In this document: positions 55,301-55,983 of the stretch, one piece after another
How the letters are laid out: every line of letters begins with the position of its first letter
How positions within the stretch are numbered: the stretch's first letter is position 1
DNA from: Octopus bimaculoides
Lineage: Eukaryota
Direction: 5' to 3'
NCBI RefSeq assembly: GCF_001194135.2
Contig: NC_068999.1
Location: forward strand, 48,783,265-48,839,247
Length of the DNA stretch: 55,983 nucleotides
Position numbers and translations under genes: made by a program
The notes under the pieces: generated by a model
Database searches by the model: none
What the model was told of the DNA's origin: nothing
Seen by the model: only the letters and a program-made list of their open reading frames with translations

Positions 55301-55340
55301 TGGTCAACAAGAAAAAAAGAAAAAGAAGAAACGGAATTGA
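28920..55340 (+). CDS. GFM1: Mitochondrial translation elongation factor G1, complete gene span, 20 coding exons
   Basis: Spliced translation gives a transit-peptide-like N-terminus, then [16 protein letters not shown] (G1), RGITIQSAA (G2), DTPGHVDF (G3), NKLD (G4), [15 protein letters not shown] and [30 protein letters not shown]. All introns are GT-AG and phase-consistent. Confidence 0.97.
30317..30607 (-). mobile_element. SINE family A, 3' part
   Basis: Reverse complement of the family A body and tail; abuts a LINE fragment. Confidence 0.85.
30608..31241 (+). mobile_element. 5'-truncated RTE-clade LINE fragment (RT C-terminus + 3' end)
   Basis: ...[54 protein letters not shown]...; ends in a gat-repeat tail. 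Confidence 0.85.
31430..31483 (+). CDS. GFM1: GFM1 exon 2 ([18 protein letters not shown])
   Basis: Long poly-T tract + ag acceptor; ATG|gtatgt donor; phase 0/0 bridges exons 1 and 3; YSS cleavage-like motif. Confidence 0.7.
32697..32816 (+). CDS. GFM1: GFM1 exon 3 ([16 protein letters not shown]...MHE)
   Basis: ttttag / gtaaga; P-loop. Confidence 0.96.
32856..33237 (+). mobile_element. tRNA-derived SINE family A (microsatellite-containing, octopus OR-type-like)
   Basis: ggcgcaggagtggctgtg..ggttcagtcccactgcgtggcaccttgggcaagtg..aaagccttgtgagtggatt..; many copies in the window. Confidence 0.85.
33287..33419 (+). CDS. GFM1: GFM1 exon 4 (VKGKD...[10 protein letters not shown]...IIDTP)
   Basis: tttag / gtaagt. 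Confidence 0.96.
33641..33966 (-). mobile_element. SINE family B copy
   Basis: Near-exact reverse complement of 19158-19517. Confidence 0.85.
34092..34200 (+). mobile_element. Tc1/mariner-like terminal fragment
   Basis: tatgagggttggctgaaaagtt...tttatttttcaacatagtc resembles mariner left ends. Confidence 0.45.
35097..35320 (+). mobile_element. piggyBac-type MITE (~225 bp)
   Basis: TTAA-(t)ccttt ... aaaggg-TTAA termini; shared body tacaatgtcattctaaaaat..gcatgattaattcaaaac; copies at 3941-4166-, 13223-13453-, 14421-14643-, 53695-53914-, 54345-54568+. Confidence 0.75.
35394..35598 (+). CDS. GFM1: GFM1 exon 5 ([18 protein letters not shown]...NKLDRMG)
   Basis: aacag / gtaaaa. Confidence 0.96.
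35861..35938 (-). promoter_or_regulatory. Promoter-like island in GFM1 intron 5: two NRF1-type GCGCATGCG motifs plus a YY1-type AATGGCGGC
   Basis: TGCGCATGCGCA at 35885-35896, CGCGCATGCGTA at 35927-35938, GCCGCCATT at 35861-35869; locally CpG-rich within an AT-rich intron. Confidence 0.4.
36360..36476 (+). CDS. GFM1: GFM1 exon 6 ([15 protein letters not shown]...)
   Basis: attag / gtatgt. Confidence 0.94.
36796..36869 (+). CDS. GFM1: GFM1 exon 7 (LNVVHDEIP...RAELI)
   Basis: catag / gtaaga. Confidence 0.9.
36940..38190 (-). mobile_element. Decayed RTE-clade LINE reverse-transcriptase fragment
   Basis: [20 protein letters not shown]...[11 protein letters not shown]...[22 protein letters not shown], a typical RT N-terminal segment; multiple stops. 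Confidence 0.85.
38368..38444 (+). CDS. GFM1: GFM1 exon 8 (ECLANVDE...EIR)
   Basis: ttcag / gtaagg. Confidence 0.92.
39076..39233 (+). CDS. GFM1: GFM1 exon 9 (AAVKRA...[12 protein letters not shown]...YLPNP)
   Basis: tatag / gtaatt. Confidence 0.95.
40839..40920 (+). CDS. GFM1: GFM1 exon 10 (...[11 protein letters not shown])
   Basis: ttcag / gtaagt. Confidence 0.93.
41529..41666 (+). CDS. GFM1: GFM1 exon 11 (AGRFGQLTY...[11 protein letters not shown])
   Basis: tttag / gtaaaa. Confidence 0.95.
42650..42751 (+). CDS. GFM1: GFM1 exon 12 ([18 protein letters not shown])
   Basis: aacag / gtaaga. Confidence 0.95.
43185..43316. repeat. Self-complementary (TA)n(CA)n-CG-(TG)n compound microsatellite, three units
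   Basis: Direct reading. Confidence 0.9.
44108..44520 (+). mobile_element. SINE family A copy
   Basis: High identity to 32856-33237; tail cagtcaaatgactgaaacaagtaaaagag. Confidence 0.85.
45072..45266 (+). CDS. GFM1: GFM1 exon 13 (ESMYVPEPV...[12 protein letters not shown])
   Basis: cacag / gtaagc. Confidence 0.96.
46216..46298 (+). CDS. GFM1: GFM1 exon 14 (RLEREY...[10 protein letters not shown])
   Basis: ttcag / gtaagt. Confidence 0.95.
47128..47197 (+). CDS. GFM1: GFM1 exon 15 ([16 protein letters not shown])
   Basis: ttcag / gtcagt. Confidence 0.94.
48576..48668 (+). CDS. GFM1: GFM1 exon 16 (PLPPHENT...PAIKK)
   Basis: tgtag / gtatct. Confidence 0.92.
49447..49522 (+). CDS. GFM1: GFM1 exon 17 (GFLNSC.KG.L.GHPV...LQD)
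   Basis: gatag / gtaagt. Confidence 0.92.
49630..50820 (+). mobile_element. RTE-clade LINE 3' fragment spanning an assembly gap
   Basis: [40 protein letters not shown] before the gap; family 3' end (aaagcacccactacactc...ggacgttaaacgatgatgat) after it. Confidence 0.85.
51999..52067 (+). CDS. GFM1: GFM1 exon 18 ([13 protein letters not shown]...GAVKQ)
   Basis: ttcag / gtaaac. Confidence 0.94.
52505..52925 (-). mobile_element. Decayed RTE-like LINE 3' coding fragment
   Basis: Reverse strand resembles the post-RT region (..[12 protein letters not shown]..., [18 protein letters not shown]) with stops. Confidence 0.55.
52934..53305 (-). mobile_element. SINE family A, full-length copy (further copies ~5985-6150-, 12337-12490+, 18291-18600+, 43060-43180+, 47250-47590-, 54140-54335-)
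   Basis: Reverse complement of family A from head to tail. Confidence 0.85.
53445..53605 (+). CDS. GFM1: GFM1 exon 19 ([10 protein letters not shown]...RRHAVV...CE)
   Basis: tcaag / gtaggt. Confidence 0.92.
54601..55038 (+). mobile_element. RTE-associated 3'-tail repeat (other copies ~2470-2695+, 22085-22300+, 42130-42328+, 48990-49215-, 52300-52500-)
   Basis: Shared core ttaggaagggcatccagctgtagaaac...ccaacccatgccagcatggaaagcggacgttaaacgatgatg, matching the tail of the LINE at 50583-50820. Confidence 0.8.
55149..55340 (+). CDS. GFM1: GFM1 last coding exon (VPLNDMFGY...KKKRN*)
   Basis: ttgcag acceptor; TGA stop at 55338-55340. Confidence 0.96.
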   Translation, partial: VPLNDMFGYATELRSSTQGKGEFTMEFSRYCPARADTQQSLIDEYQESLQIGQQEKKKKKKRN

Positions 55341-55599
55341 GTATCGTATTGTTTAGGACACTTTGTTATATAGATTTTGAGACACATGGACCTGAAATTA
55401 TGATAGGGGTTGTAAAGAAGATGACAAGACTAACTCTTATCTATTCACATCAAATTCCATATTATAAATTTAAAAAAAAAAACTTTTTAGAACCATCAGA
55501 AAGCTGTTTTGTCTTTAATTTAATATATCTAAAAATTTTTTATCTTTTACTTGTTTCTGCCATATATGTATATAAATATATGTATATATTTACACATAT

Positions 55600-55925
55600 A
55601 TTTATATATGCAGATAAAGAACCCAGCTGATTTCTTTGACAATAGCACTCAGCAGAAAAAGACTGCATCCATTACCTACATCGACAAATACGTGCCAAAT
55701 AGAAAGACCAGCAAACATGCCAATAGAATTCCTAGAGACAGGAAAATCCTTATGAGACACAGAACAAAGGTCTCAAACCAGTTAAATAGAGAACTAGAGG
55801 ATAGGAAAAGGGCTAAATTAAAACTAACACTATTAGAAATAGAAAACAAAATTAAACTCTCCCATGAAAAGGAGAGAGCAGAGAAGGAGAAGAGAGCAGT
55901 AGAAAGCATAAAAACAGAAAATCAC
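55600..55925 (+). mobile_element. Decayed LINE ORF2 linker fragment
   Basis: IPRDRKILMRHR...IENKIKLSHEKERAEKEKRAVESIK resembles the endonuclease-RT linker of LINEs; truncated by a SINE tail. Confidence 0.55.
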
Positions 55926-55983
55926 GGTGGTGCTCCAGCATGACCACAGCCACTTGGCTGAAACCTATAAATAAATAAATAAA

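Overview
AT-rich, repeat-dense eukaryotic genomic DNA. The SINE/RTE repeat complement suggests an octopus (inference). Three spliced genes were reconstructed by hand from GT-AG boundaries with consistent phases. (1) The 3' two-thirds of SND1/Tudor-SN (+, 13 coding exons, 955-16241; 5' part lies outside the window). (2) A Dlish/Vamana-like SH3 adaptor (-, exons 25184-25136 and 23807-23212). (3) A complete GFM1, mitochondrial EF-G1 (+, 20 coding exons, 28920-55340), head-to-head with Dlish. Introns hold tRNA-derived SINEs, RTE and other LINE fragments, piggyBac-type and hAT-type MITEs, microsatellites and six N-gaps. The most unusual element is a ~420-bp near-perfect palindrome in an SND1 intron (13599-14017). 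It consists of two head-to-head units, each with a tRNA-like Pol III head and a minimal type I hammerhead-ribozyme motif. Two further decayed hammerhead-like motifs lie nearby. Also notable: a promoter-like NRF1/YY1 island pointing antisense inside GFM1 intron 5, a fold-back pseudo-tRNA element, many inverted repeat pairs in the GFM1 pre-mRNA, and a Dlish ortholog that appears to lack its third SH3 domain.
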